Positions 18,838-29,262 of a stretch of 64,000 nt of DNA are shown here, one piece after another. The notes beneath the pieces are model-generated. The model was given only the letters and a program-made list of their open reading frames with translations, ran no database searches and was not told where the DNA came from. The stretch lies in NCBI GenBank assembly GCA_000092065.1, contig CP000600.1; one strand, written 5' to 3'. A program made the translations under genes and the position numbers. The stretch is from Ostreococcus lucimarinus. Lineage: Eukaryota. Each line of letters begins with the position of its first letter. Positions within the stretch are counted from its first letter, which is position 1.

Positions 18838-19674
18838 TCATTCCGTCTTCGTCTTTCCCCGCGTCGACTCGCGCGTCGGAAACGTGACCACAGCCAAAAC
18901 ACTCGCCGTGACTATTATGACGCACCCGACGATCATTAAAAGCAACCCGTACTCCGACGATGAATTCGAAATCGCCTTCTCGACGTGCTTACGCGCAGCC
19001 TTGAGCCCTTCTCGCGAAAACGCGCGTCGAGCCGCCGCGTAATCCGCCGTCAACACGTGCGTCATCTTATCCGTCTTCGAGTACAACCGCACCATCGCCA
19101 ACGCGATCGCGCTCGTTATTCTCGCGAATTTCTTCTGAATGTACGTCAACGGCACCGGGACGTCGTGCTCGGCGCCCTCCGTCCCGAACGTCTCCGTCGC
19201 GAACCTTCGCGCGCTGTCCCCGTCCTCCTCCGGCGTCACCTCTCGCGCGTACGCCTTGCCCCCGCGCAGCAGACACCAGCTCGGTGTTCTCTTCACCACG
19301 AATCTAAACCGATCGTACGTCTCCGGGGACTCTCGCGCGTCGATCGTCGCCGCGACGACGCCGTCGTCCAGGAGCGCGTCCTTCGCCAGCGCCAAAGCCC
19401 TCTCCGCGCGCGCGCCTCTGGGACCGTCGCCGTCGGTGAACAGCACCAGCCACGTCCCCGCGGTCTGCCCGCTCGACGCTTGCGTTTCGCGCTCGAACGA
19501 GGCGTCGTCCAGGCGAGGAAGGCCGCGAAGGGTGGGGACGACGGCGAGCGCGCGGGACGCCGACGCGAGGACGAAGACGACGGCGAGGGCGACGCGCGAC
19601 GCGCGACGGCGGCGCGCGCGGAACGTCGTCGTCGTCACCGTCATGGACGCGTCGCGCGCGCGAGACGTCGTCAC
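18838..19674 (-). CDS. Membrane protein with a signal peptide, a thioredoxin-like luminal domain lacking CxxC, and one C-terminal TM helix. Function unknown.
   Basis: Signal-like RVALAVVFVLASASRALA, then TWLVLFTDGDG in a thioredoxin-fold-like context, then C-terminal LLLMIVGCVIIVTASVLAVV. Confidence 0.4.
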   Translation of the reverse strand: MTTSRARDASMTVTTTTFRARRRRASRVALAVVFVLASASRALAVVPTLRGLPRLDDASFERETQASSGQTAGTWLVLFTDGDGPRGARAERALALAKDALLDDGVVAATIDARESPETYDRFRFVVKRTPSWCLLRGGKAYAREVTPEEDGDSARRFATETFGTEGAEHDVPVPLTYIQKKFARITSAIALAMVRLYSKTDKMTHVLTADYAAARRAFSREGLKAARKHVEKAISNSSSEYGLLLMIVGCVIIVTASVLAVVTFPTRESTRGKTKTE

Positions 19675-19809
19675 CGCGCGCCGGAGCGCGGATCTGTGAC
19701 GCGTCTCGCGCGCGAGACGTCTCGCGCGCGTCCGCGCCGAGATATTTTTAGAGACGTCTGATATTGCATGTTGTACTTCTCGTGTCGATCGCCGCGAACG
19801 AGCGCGCGA

Positions 19810-19826
19810 TCACTCACTCGCCCGGT

Positions 19827-19857
<31 letters not shown>

Positions 19858-20397
19858 GTCGACCTCCTTGCCGAACCACTTGGCCACCATCGGCGTCAGC
19901 GCCACCGTCGGCCCGAACCTAATCGGCGAACTCGCCTTATGCGCCGCGTACGCCAGCGCGAACGTCCCGAACTGTTCGCTCGTCGCGTTCACGCTGATCC
20001 CAATCTTATCCAACAGGCTCGCCACGTCCACCCCGCCCGCGACGAGAAAATAAAACACCGTGATCGAAATCAAGCTCAGCGAAATCGACGTCGCCAGATA
20101 CGCCGACCCGTACCGCTTGAGCAATTTCTTCGCCATGTCCATGCGCGACGTCCCGAGCTCTTCCGCGCCCTCGCTCGCGCCCTCGCCCGTCTCCGTCCCT
20201 CCCGCCGCGCCGCCGCCGTTCTTGAACACCTTCCACAGCCCCGCCTCGAGTCCCCACTTTCGCGTCGTCGCGTCGATCTCTCGCTCCTTCGCGTTCTTCG
20301 CCTTCGCCCGCGTCGTCGTCGTCGTTCGCGCCGTCGCGCGTCGCCGTCGCGTCGCGCGTCGCGCGCGCTTCGCCGTTCGCGTCGCGTCGTCCATCGC

Positions 20398-20436
<39 letters not shown>

Positions 20437-20529
20437 GATTCGCGTCGTCGCGATTCGCGTCGTCGCGCGCGTCGTCGCGCGTCGCGATCGCGCGCCGTTC
20501 GCGACGGGCGCGATTCTCGCGCGGTGCAT
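19810..20529 (-). CDS. DUF1279 (FAM210-like) protein with a Thr/Arg-rich N-terminal extension.
   Basis: C-terminal LLKRYGSAYLATSISLSLISITVFYFLVAGGVDVASLLDKIG...FGTFALAYAAHKASSPIRFGPTVALTPMVAKWFG matches the DUF1279 pattern. Only the 3' 720 nt of ORF 19810..21759 are credible. Alternative start MDDATRT at ~20394. Confidence 0.65.
20396..20460. repeat. (GTC)n trinucleotide run followed by two copies of gtcgtcgcgattcgc.
   Basis: Direct repeats in the sequence. They encode the poly-Thr/Asp tract of the DUF1279 gene's N-terminal extension. Confidence 0.7.
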
Positions 20530-20802
20530 CGCGCGCGCGGCGTCGCGCGCGCGGCGCAATCGCGACGCCGCGGATCGCGACGACGCGCATCGCGACGACG
20601 CGATTGCGCCGGACGATGCATAAAACAATACGCGCACTGTTTGCGCACACGTATGTAGACACCGAATGTCCGAATACACACCTTTCATATAATAACCACA
20701 CAAACACCGATCGAGCAAACCCAGCCCGACGCCGCGTCGGATTCGCCAACCGCCGGCGGCGGCGCGCGATCGCACACGACGCCGCGCCGCGCGGACGCCG
20801 CG

Positions 20803-22941
20803 ATGTCGCGCGTCTCGAGCGCGACGCGCCGATGCGTCGCGCGACGCCCGTCCGCGGCGACGCTCGGACGCGCGACGGGACGACCGCGCGCGACGACGCG
20901 ACGACGGACGACGCGCGGTTGCCCTCGCGAGGACGCGCGAGGACGCGCGACGCGCGCGCGAGCGACGACGCGGGACGCGCGCGCGAGCGACGACGACGAG
21001 GGATGCGACGACGACGCGCGCGACGACGTCGGGACGGGCGCGGCGCGCGCGCACGCGGAGATCGGGCGCGAGGAGGATGAGGAGGGCGACGCGGAGGCGC
21101 TGCTGCGAGAGATTTTCGAAGACGCGGGCGTCGACGCGAGGTGGATCGCGCTGGAGGACGACGAGGACGTGGAGATATCGGGAATAGCGAACGATGTGAA
21201 CGCGCTGTTGAGCGGGGATCTGTTCGTGTGCGGGTCGGCGCGAGAGGGAGGGGCGATGGAGGACGCGGCGAGGGAAGCCGTGGCGGCGGGCGCGGTGGCG
21301 GTGGTTTCGGAACGCGCGATCGAGGGGTTGGCGGATGTCCCGATCGCCGTGGTCGAGGACGTGGACGAGGCGTTGGCGGATATCGCGAGAGTGTTTTACG
21401 GCGATCCGTCCAAGGCGCTGACGGCGATCGCGCTGACGGGGAGCGTGGGGAAGACGACGACGTCGTACCTCGTGAAAGCCGTCTTCGAGGAGGCGGATAT
21501 TCGCATGGGGCTCGTCGGGTCGAATGGGAATTACGTCGGCGATGAACTCAAGCTCACGGCGCAGGGTGGGGTGTGGGAGAGCGATGAAGAAGACACCACG
21601 CGCGGTCGCACGAGCACGGCGCCGGGGTGGTTGGCACCGTATCGAGGCAAGTACGAATTCGAAGAGCGCGGTTCGGACGCGCTTCAGTTTCAGCAACTCA
21701 CCGCGGGCATCGCCGATAACGGCGCGCAGGCGGCGGTGATGGAGGTGAGCGCGGAACAAGTGCGGCGAAAGGCGACGCGTGGGATGAACTTTGACATCGT
21801 CGCACTGACGTCACCGCTCGAAGGCCCGGACGCGATGAGCGATCGGCGTAAGGATTATCGAGGGTTGGACGCTGAGTACTCGTCGCACGTCGCCGAGGTC
21901 TTCAAAGCGCTCGAAGACGCCGAGACGCAGCGAGCGGTGATCAACGTGGATGCGATTGATGACAACGATAAGACCCCTTATCACGAGTTATGCAAAGAAC
22001 ACGCCAAGGGCGTTCCTCAGTTGACGTATTCTGTGGATCCCGAAAACCCGAACGGGGCGGACGTTTACCCCGCGCGCGTCGACTATTCCCTCTTCGAGAC
22101 GGCGGTGTCGCTGAGCACGCCCGCTGGCAACGTCGAGGTCGTCGTCGGTCTCGTGGGTGAGCATATGGTCAACGCGATCTGTTGCGCTACCGCGATAGGT
22201 CTCGCGGCGGAAATTCCCCTCGACGTCATCGCCGCCGGATTGGAGGCGACGGATTCGATTCCAGGGCGCATGGAGCTCGTGGACGCGGGTCAAGATTTTT
22301 CGGTGTTGGTGGATAGCGCGAACACTCCCGAAGCGATCAGAAGTGTGATTGATAGCGTCAAAGCGACGAATTGTAGGCGAGTCATCACCGTCATCGGTTG
22401 TGAGGGCGAAATGGCGGAGAGCGAACGAGGGCAGCGCGCCGTCATCGGTAAGACGGTGCACGACCATTCGGACGTCGTCTTCGTCACGAACGATTCCCCC
22501 AAGGCTGAGGACCCGTACAAAATCCTTGAAGACATCTGCGCTGGATTTAGAGACGAAATTTATTCCAAGCCCGGCATGGAGGACGAGGCGCTGTTCCCAT
22601 TCTTGAAGGACATGTACGAGGTGCACGAAAACGCCCAATACGAGTGCATGCGGCTTCAAAACTTAGTTCGTAGATACGTCATGGTGGACCGGTACCACGC
22701 CATTCGCGCCGCCATCGGTATGGCGGAGCGCGATGACGTGGTGCTCATCATAGGTCGCGGCGCGAAGGATTACTTTGTCGTCGGTCGCGAGAAGCATTGG
22801 TTCGACGACGTCGTCGAGGCTCGAGACGCGCTTCAGAAAATCGGCGCCATTCAGGACAGCGGCGTCGACACCCACAACCTTCCGTGGATGTCCCTCGCCG
22901 CTCGAGCCACCAATCCGGGCGCGGGTAACTTACTCGGATAA
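20803..22941 (+). CDS. MURE: MurE-like Mur ligase family protein (UDP-MurNAc-tripeptide synthetase homologue), probably plastid-targeted.
   Basis: P-loop IALTGSVGKTTT. AAVMEVSAEQV (= MEVSSH region). PGRMELV. VDSANTPEAI (= DYAHTPDAL). IGCEGEMAESERG...VFVTNDSPKAEDP (= GCGGDRD...TDDNPRTEEP). Several catalytic motifs are substituted (SSH to SAE, DHLDYH to PDAMSD, DNPR to DSPK). Confidence 0.8.
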   Translation: MSRVSSATRRCVARRPSAATLGRATGRPRATTRRRTTRGCPREDARGRATRARATTRDARASDDDEGCDDDARDDVGTGAARAHAEIGREEDEEGDAEALLREIFEDAGVDARWIALEDDEDVEISGIANDVNALLSGDLFVCGSAREGGAMEDAAREAVAAGAVAVVSERAIEGLADVPIAVVEDVDEALADIARVFYGDPSKALTAIALTGSVGKTTTSYLVKAVFEEADIRMGLVGSNGNYVGDELKLTAQGGVWESDEEDTTRGRTSTAPGWLAPYRGKYEFEERGSDALQFQQLTAGIADNGAQAAVMEVSAEQVRRKATRGMNFDIVALTSPLEGPDAMSDRRKDYRGLDAEYSSHVAEVFKALEDAETQRAVINVDAIDDNDKTPYHELCKEHAKGVPQLTYSVDPENPNGADVYPARVDYSLFETAVSLSTPAGNVEVVVGLVGEHMVNAICCATAIGLAAEIPLDVIAAGLEATDSIPGRMELVDAGQDFSVLVDSANTPEAIRSVIDSVKATNCRRVITVIGCEGEMAESERGQRAVIGKTVHDHSDVVFVTNDSPKAEDPYKILEDICAGFRDEIYSKPGMEDEALFPFLKDMYEVHENAQYECMRLQNLVRRYVMVDRYHAIRAAIGMAERDDVVLIIGRGAKDYFVVGREKHWFDDVVEARDALQKIGAIQDSGVDTHNLPWMSLAARATNPGAGNLLG

Positions 22942-22942
22942 C

Positions 22943-23003
22943 CGCGCCGTCGCGCCGTCGCGCCGTCGCGCCGTCGCGCCGTCGCGCCGTCGCGCCGTCG
23001 CGC
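22943..23003. repeat. Decanucleotide minisatellite (cgcgccgtcg)x6, followed by a (cg)n run, immediately after the MurE-like stop codon.
   Basis: Perfect tandem copies at 22943-23003. Confidence 0.9.
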
Positions 23004-23422
23004 GCGCGCGCGCGCGTCTCGACGTCTCGACATCTGTATCACACGACGCGACGCCGCTAGCTTGTCACCGACATCGCGCACCCTCACCGTCTACTCGTCC
23101 TCCGCGAACAGCTCGTTCGCCTTTCGCATCACCGCCGCGACGTTTTCCCTGATGCACGCGCGCTCCTCCGCCAGTTTCGTCACCCGTCGTTCCATCGCGT
23201 CGCGCAGCTTTGCCCCGCTCGCGCGCGCGCGTCGCGCGTCCTCGCCCGCGCGCGCGCACGCGTCCGCCATCTCGCGCGTCGCGCGTTCGCACGCGTCCGC
23301 GAGCGCCGCGCGCGTCGCTCGCTCGCTCGCGTCGTCGTCGTCGTCGCGCATCGCGTCGCCGTGTCGCGTCTCGGACGTCTCGGACGTCGCCGCGACACTT
23401 CGCGACGCCGACGCCGCGCGCG

Positions 23423-24931
23423 ATGCGCGACGACGACGACGACGCGATGCGCGACGACGCGACGGCGACGCGGTCGACGACGGCGACGACGGGACGCGCG
23501 TGCGCGCGCGCGCGCGACCTCGCGGACGCCGCGCGAAAGGGGTGCCGAGAATGCTACGCGCGTCTGCATCGCGACGAGTACGGATCGCCGCCGTGGAGGC
23601 GCGACGACGACGCGATGCGCGACGACGACGAGGAGACGTACCTGGGATACAGTCTGCGCGGCGTGCGAGAGGCGCTGCAGACGCTGGTGGACGCGACGAC
23701 GATGAAGGACGTCGAGAGGGAACGCGACGACGACGACGCGAAGGCGCGCGCGTCGATCGAGCGCGAGACGCGGCGATCGTTCGCGCTTTGGATTCTTGAG
23801 TTCATGACCGAGCGAGAGTACGAGTGGAAACACATAAACGCGCGAGATTTTCCGAGTCTTGAAGATGGGTTCCGCGTGCTGCGGGAGATTCGATATTTGA
23901 TTTGGAAAATCGGCGACGTCGAGATTCTGCGGGCGGCGGCGAACGTCCGAGAGAGCCATCCCGGGACGGGCGCGCCTCTGGGGGACGGTTTGAGAAATCT
24001 GGACATGTTCGATCACTCAAACTTTGTGATTGCATATTTCCATGTTCCCGTTGAGATCTATCGATTCTATCACGAAGAAATGCCATCGTTGGTGCCAGAT
24101 TTGGAAGATCGGAAAAAATGCAAAGTCTTAGCGACGCAAGGCGGATTGTATCGGAAAAACATGAGCGAATGGTGGTGCGTTGTCGATTATCTTCTCGCGA
24201 TAGGTTACGAGTGGCCCGTGGAAACGATGGCGAAACTTGTTCATTGGCACAGAAAGTTTGACGACACCGAGAAGAAGGCGCTCGAAGATTACAAAGCGGC
24301 CGGGTGCCCGTATCATCCCCGCGTAGTTCGCGAGGCGGCAAAGCAAGGAAGTCTGGATGCTCTCAAGTGGCTGCGTGAGAAAAATGCGCCTTTCGACAAG
24401 TACGCGGTGAGCTGGGCGGCGAATTCCGGGCAAGTGGAGACGCTTAAGTATCTTGTGCAAGAAATCAAGGTCAAACCGGATCCGATGATGTGCGCGCGAG
24501 CGGCCGAGGCGGGCGAGTTGACCGCTTTGCAGACATTGCACGAAGCCGGCGTTCCGTGGGATAAGCGATGTATAATCGCCGCGGCGAAGGAGAAAAAATC
24601 CAAGAAGAAGCGCAAGCGCGAGGAATGGAGTTCGTGGAATAAGCTCGGTCGCATTCGATGTCTGCAATTCGCGCTCGCCTACGGCTGTCCGGGCGCCGAA
24701 GACGCGCTCGCCCTCTCCGACCAAATCTCGGAGAACACCCGCATCTACCTTCGCCAAGTCGTCCGATGCCCCGGCATCAACCACTGGTTCTTCCGAATCA
24801 GCCGCATCCTCGGCAAAACGGTGCAAACCAAGATGCCCGCCGCGGAGCGAACCGTCCTCGAAGTCTGCACCAACGAGCTCCGACTTCGACAACTGAATTT
24901 CGAGAGCGACGCCTTCGCCGGCATCGTTTAG
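23423..24931 (+). CDS. Ankyrin-repeat protein, function unknown (C-terminal ~400 aa well defined, N-terminus acidic).
   Basis: Ankyrin-like repeats (VVREAAKQGSLDALKWLREKNAPFDKYAVSWAANSGQVETLKYLVQE..., AAEAGELTALQTLHEAGVPWDKRCIIAAA). The region is non-repetitive with lower GC. I chose the start at MRDDDDDAMRDD (23423). ORF 23210 upstream is Arg-rich junk. Confidence 0.5.
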   Translation: MRDDDDDAMRDDATATRSTTATTGRACARARDLADAARKGCRECYARLHRDEYGSPPWRRDDDAMRDDDEETYLGYSLRGVREALQTLVDATTMKDVERERDDDDAKARASIERETRRSFALWILEFMTEREYEWKHINARDFPSLEDGFRVLREIRYLIWKIGDVEILRAAANVRESHPGTGAPLGDGLRNLDMFDHSNFVIAYFHVPVEIYRFYHEEMPSLVPDLEDRKKCKVLATQGGLYRKNMSEWWCVVDYLLAIGYEWPVETMAKLVHWHRKFDDTEKKALEDYKAAGCPYHPRVVREAAKQGSLDALKWLREKNAPFDKYAVSWAANSGQVETLKYLVQEIKVKPDPMMCARAAEAGELTALQTLHEAGVPWDKRCIIAAAKEKKSKKKRKREEWSSWNKLGRIRCLQFALAYGCPGAEDALALSDQISENTRIYLRQVVRCPGINHWFFRISRILGKTVQTKMPAAERTVLEVCTNELRLRQLNFESDAFAGIV

Positions 24932-25112
24932 ATCGACGCGCGCGCGAGCGACGCCACACGATACATTTTTCACCGCGATCCACGACCCTGTGACCCTATC
25001 GCGACGCCGATTCCAAAAATCCAATCGCTTCGCGACGACGTCGCCTTCGCCGCTCGCCTTCGCCGCCCTCTCGTCCACCCTCTTCGCCCGCAGACGCCCG
25101 CGCGCGCGCATC

Positions 25113-26838
25113 ATGCTCGCCAGGCGCGCCCGAAACGTCCGCGCCCTCGCGCACCGCGCGCTGTTCGCGCGCGCGAACGCCTCCGCGGCGTCCGCGGCCG
25201 ACGCGGCGCCGATCTGGACCGGCGACGACGACGATCGGGCGTCGGACGCGACGAACGTTTGGACGCGTCACGGCGCGCCGGAGGCGCGATCGTTCGCGCA
25301 TCGCGGGATATTGGCCGGCGATGACACCAAGGTGAGCGCTCAGCGCGCGCGCGGCGCGGAGGTGGACGAACGAGGCGAGAGGAGGGCGCGCGGAGGCGAG
25401 AAGAGGGCGATCCGCGGGGGGTTTCGAGGACGCGCGAGGCGGGGACGGCGCGAGGCGACGACGCGAGAGAGAGAGCGCGGCGAGGAGAGAGGGATGGTGA
25501 CTGACGATGGAGGCGTGAATGAATTTGTAGGTGACCACGCTCGCGAACGGGCTTCGCGTGGCGACGGAGGCGGTTCCGTACGCGGAGACGGCGACGGTGG
25601 GCGTCTGGATCGACGCCGGGTCTCGATACGAGGACGCGCAGACAAACGGAACGGCGCACTTCCTGGAGCACATGGCGTTTAAGGGCACGAAGACGCGATC
25701 TGCATCGGGATTGGAAGAAGAGATCGAGAACATGGGTGGTCACTTGAACGCGTACACGAGCCGAGAGCAGACGACGTATTACGCCAAGGTTTTCAAAAAG
25801 GACGTCGGCGCGGCGGTGGACATTTTGAGCGACATCTTGCAAAACTCTGCGTTGGAGAACGCGCAAATCGAGCGTGAGCGCGGCGTGATTCTTCGTGAGA
25901 TGGAAGAAGTTGAAAAGGACATCGAAGAAGTGCTCTTCGACCACTTGCATGCGACGGCTTTTCAGCAAACGTCCCTCGGGACGACGATTCTCGGATCGGA
26001 CAAGTGCGTGCGCTCGGTGACGCAAGAAGACTTGCAAACGTACATCAAGACCCACTACACCGCCCCGCGCATGGTCGTTGTTGGCACCGGTGCGGTTGAT
26101 CACGATGAGCTCGTCAAGCTCGCCGAAAAGGCTTTCGCCAGCCTCCCGACGGAGGGTGCGAGCACCAACGCGCTCGTCGCCAAGAACCCGGGACACTTCA
26201 CCGGTAGCGAGGTGCGCATCCGCGATGACGACATGACCACGGTGAACTTCGCCGTGGCGTTCAAGGGCGCGTCTTGGACGTCTCCCGATGCCGTCCCGCT
26301 CATGGTCATGCAAGCCATGCTCGGGAGCTGGGATAAGCAAGCCATCGGCGCGGATGACATGATGTCCCCGCTCGCGCAAGCGTTCTCCGCCAACAAGCTC
26401 GGTAACTCGTTCATGGCGTTCAACACCAACTACGCCGACACCGGTTTGTTCGGTGTGCACGTTTCGAGCGATAACATCGACGGTCTCGACGATACCGCGT
26501 TCGCGGTGATGAGAGAGTTCCAAAACCTCATCTATTGCCCGGAGGAGAATGACTTGTTGCGCGCCAAGGAAGCGCTCAAGTCGTCCTTGTTGTTGCACTC
26601 TGAATCCGGCACCAGCGCGGTGGCGGAAGAAGTTGGTCGTCAACTTTTGACGTACGGCAAACGCATGTCGCGCGCCGAATTGTTCGCGCGCATCGACGAC
26701 GTCAACATCGAAACCGTCAAGTCTGTCGCGTGGAAGTACATTCGCGACCAAGAACTCGCGATCGCCGCCATCGGCCCGACTCAGTTCTTGCCCGACTACC
26801 TGTGGTTCCGCACGTCCACCTACAACAACTTCTATTAG
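25113..26838 (+). CDS. MPPB: Mitochondrial processing peptidase beta subunit / bc1 core protein (M16 insulinase family). Two exons: 25113..25331 and 25531..26838, with a 199-bp GT-AG intron.
   Basis: Exon 1 encodes the presequence MLARRARNVRALAHRAL...ILAGDDTK and ends aag|gtgagc. Exon 2 begins ttgtag|GTGACC..., giving ...DDTK|VTTLANGLRVATE (the conserved M16 N-terminus). The inverted zinc-binding motif HFLEHMAFKGT is present. The exon 2 frame is the 25531..26838 ORF of the track. Confidence 0.9.
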
Positions 26839-26948
26839 CTTTAAAGCGACTTTTTAATCGACGTCAAACACATGTATAGCTACTCGGCGACCCACCGCGT
26901 ATTTTCTTTTCGCTACGAATATGATTACAACTAGGGCGAACTACGTCG

Positions 26949-27158
26949 TCAGTGATGGTCATCGTCGTCGTGTTCAAAGTGCGGTGCGTGACCGTAAATC
27001 AACGTGTCACCGTCGTGATAAAATCTATAGAACACCCAAAACCACATCACCGCGCCGAATCCGGTGCCCAACGCCTTGTGCGCGAAGGACGCGTCGTGCA
27101 GCGTCACGCCCTCGTGCGTCACCCCGCCACCTCCGCTCGCTGCGCGTCGTAAAACCAA
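26949..27158 (-). CDS. NDUFB2: Complex I accessory subunit NDUFB2 (AGGG subunit), 69 aa.
   Basis: ASGGGGVTHEG...FGAVMWFWVFYRFYHDGDTLIYGHAPHFEHDDDDHH matches the NDUFB2 core (AGGG...[28 protein letters not shown]...DDED). It lies 110 bp from the convergent MPP-beta stop. Confidence 0.65.
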   Translation of the reverse strand: MVLRRAASGGGGVTHEGVTLHDASFAHKALGTGFGAVMWFWVFYRFYHDGDTLIYGHAPHFEHDDDDHH

Positions 27159-27553
27159 CGAGTGCGATGTCAGTCGATGGATGCTGGTGTCATGCGTGTT
27201 TCGCGCGCTTTCGCTCGATACGCGCGCGCGTGGATGCGACGCGACGTTGGAGCGCGCGCGCGCGTCGAACGATCACGAGCGCGACGACGACGCGTCTGTT
27301 GACGCACCGAAACCGCGCGACGCCCCTGAGGCGGGGCGCATCGGTTGAGCTAATCGTAATCTCGCGCCGAGACGCAACAGAGCACCGCGCGCGGCGGACA
27401 TCGTGCGCGGAAGACGGTCGTTGGGCGACGCGTTGTGAGGTTTAGCGCGCCGGCGCAAAGACGTCGAGGCGAAGACGTCGAGGCGAGAACGCTGGCGGGC
27501 ACGCGCCGTCGTAGAGGACAACATAAAGCTACGTATGAATCGGTAGGTTTGAA

Positions 27554-29038
27554 TTACACCGCGCTGGCGGCGAGCATGGCGCGCGCCTCTTTGAAAATCA
27601 AACGCGTCAAGAGCAAACCGGCGCACAAATCTGCGACGTAGAGCATGTAAAACACGTGATTCCAATCGTCCGAAAAAGATGTAATGAAGCCGGTGAGCAT
27701 GGGACCGATGGCGGCACCGATAGATCCCGTACCGTCGATGATCGCGGTCACGGTCGCGAGCGCTCGGGAGTTACCCTTTAAGCTTTCGTGCGTACCCAAA
27801 TCCGCGCTCACCGCGGTGGTGATGAGGGCGTACGGGCCATTGACGAGCATACCGCTGAGAGCCATGAGACCGAGGTTCATGGACATCGATCGTGACCCGA
27901 ACTCGCGATACATGTACAGCACGGGGATGGATAAGTACACGAAACCGGCCGCAGTCATCGATCGCGCGTTGTACTTGTCGCTGACGTATCCGGCTAAAAT
28001 CCCGCCCAAAATCCCGCCGAGATCAAAGACGATGCTCAATTCACCCGCCTTCGCCGCGCTCAGATAATTCCCCGCGATTTCAGTGCGTTCGATGTAAAAC
28101 GGCAGCCAGTACAAGAACGTGTACGCGACAAGCTTGGTGAAGAATAGGCAGAGCGAAAACGTAATCACGCCGGGAATTTTGAGCGCCGCGACGAAACCCA
28201 CCGCTTTTTCGCGCTCCGTGCCTCGCGAGGAGCCACCTTCGATCAACCTACGCCGCGCCATGGACTCTTCATCGAACTCATCCAACGCAGTCGCCGAAGA
28301 CGACGACGTCGGGGCGTTCGCCGGGGGCAGCCCGACGTCTTCCGGAGCGACGACGAGAAAGTTCCAAACCAACATCCCCGTCACCATCATCAACACCCCA
28401 GGAATGATAAAACTCATCCCCCAGTTCGAATTCCGAAGCGCAGAAGCGGCCAAAATGCTCCCGAGCATGTTCCCCACCGACGTGTGCGCGTTCCACACGC
28501 CCATGATCAACCCTCTCTTACCCTTACCGAACCAGTTCCCCATGACGCTCACCACCGACGGCCATCCCGTCGATTGCATCACTCCCGCCACCATTTGCAC
28601 CGCGACGTAATACCAAACGCTGTGCACGTTCCAATAATACCCCATCCCGAACATCGACACCCAAAACCCACTCATCAGCATCCCAAACGTCAAAAACTTT
28701 CTCAAATCCATCCTATCGCCGATGTGTCCGCTGAAAAACATCCCCACGCTGTAGCTCGCCAAAAACGCGAAATCGCACGTCCCGATCACCGTCGTCCCGT
28801 CCTCGCCGTCGAACGGCGCCCATCCCCGCGCGCCCATCTTCACGCTCTCCTCGTCCGGGTGCAACACGCTCTTCACGATGCTCGGCGGCTTTCTCGACGC
28901 GTGATACATCGCGTACGCCGCGAACGTCACCGCCAGCACCAAGCTCCGATGTTGGCTCGCCGTCAGCGGTCGTCGCCGTCTGTTCAGATACGCCCGGATC
29001 CCCGGCGCGACGCGCTTCGCGTTCGCCGCCGAATCCAT
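27554..29038 (-). CDS. Glycerol-3-phosphate / organophosphate:phosphate antiporter-type MFS transporter (plant G3Pp-like).
   Basis: [54 protein letters not shown]...[44 protein letters not shown] aligns closely with plant G3P permease-family proteins, with 12 predicted TM helices. I chose the start MDSAANAKR (29038). The ORF extends to 29230 with an acidic low-complexity N-terminus. Confidence 0.85.
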   Translation of the reverse strand: MDSAANAKRVAPGIRAYLNRRRRPLTASQHRSLVLAVTFAAYAMYHASRKPPSIVKSVLHPDEESVKMGARGWAPFDGEDGTTVIGTCDFAFLASYSVGMFFSGHIGDRMDLRKFLTFGMLMSGFWVSMFGMGYYWNVHSVWYYVAVQMVAGVMQSTGWPSVVSVMGNWFGKGKRGLIMGVWNAHTSVGNMLGSILAASALRNSNWGMSFIIPGVLMMVTGMLVWNFLVVAPEDVGLPPANAPTSSSSATALDEFDEESMARRRLIEGGSSRGTEREKAVGFVAALKIPGVITFSLCLFFTKLVAYTFLYWLPFYIERTEIAGNYLSAAKAGELSIVFDLGGILGGILAGYVSDKYNARSMTAAGFVYLSIPVLYMYREFGSRSMSMNLGLMALSGMLVNGPYALITTAVSADLGTHESLKGNSRALATVTAIIDGTGSIGAAIGPMLTGFITSFSDDWNHVFYMLYVADLCAGLLLTRLIFKEARAMLAASAV

Positions 29039-29173
29039 CCCGCGTCGTCGATTTAAATCTCCAATCGCGCGCGCCTCCTCGTCGCTCTCCTCGTCGCTCG
29101 TCGCCGTCGCGCCGTCGCGCGCGTCGTCGCTCGAGTCCGAGCTCGCGCCGTCGCGCGCGCGCGCGTCGTCGCG

Positions 29174-29204
<31 letters not shown>

Positions 29205-29262
29205 GCGTCGCGATCTCTCGTCGCGCACACGTCGACGCGCCGCCCGGCGCCGCGCGCGCGCC

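Noticed and set aside
20530-21759. Upstream 400 aa of minus-strand ORF 19810..21759 (Arg/Ala/Thr low complexity).
   Set aside because: It has no domain content and overlaps the sense strand of the MurE-like gene. The real gene is the C-terminal 239 aa (DUF1279).
11876-23003. Tandem repeats considered as a possible CRISPR array.
   Set aside because: The units are 4-10 nt microsatellites or minisatellites with no spacers and sit in a eukaryotic gene context. No cas genes are present.
23091-23351. 86-aa minus-strand ORF (MRDDDDDASERATRAALADACERATREMADACARAGEDARRARA...ELFAEDE).
   Set aside because: It reads like coiled-coil, but it is short, Ala/Arg/Asp-biased, sits in the CG-rich divergent promoter region 72 bp from the ankyrin gene start, and has no homology. 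Insufficient support.
25111-26751. 546-aa minus-strand ORF.
   Set aside because: Antisense to the strongly conserved MPP-beta CDS. It is an Arg-rich translation typical of GC-rich shadow ORFs.
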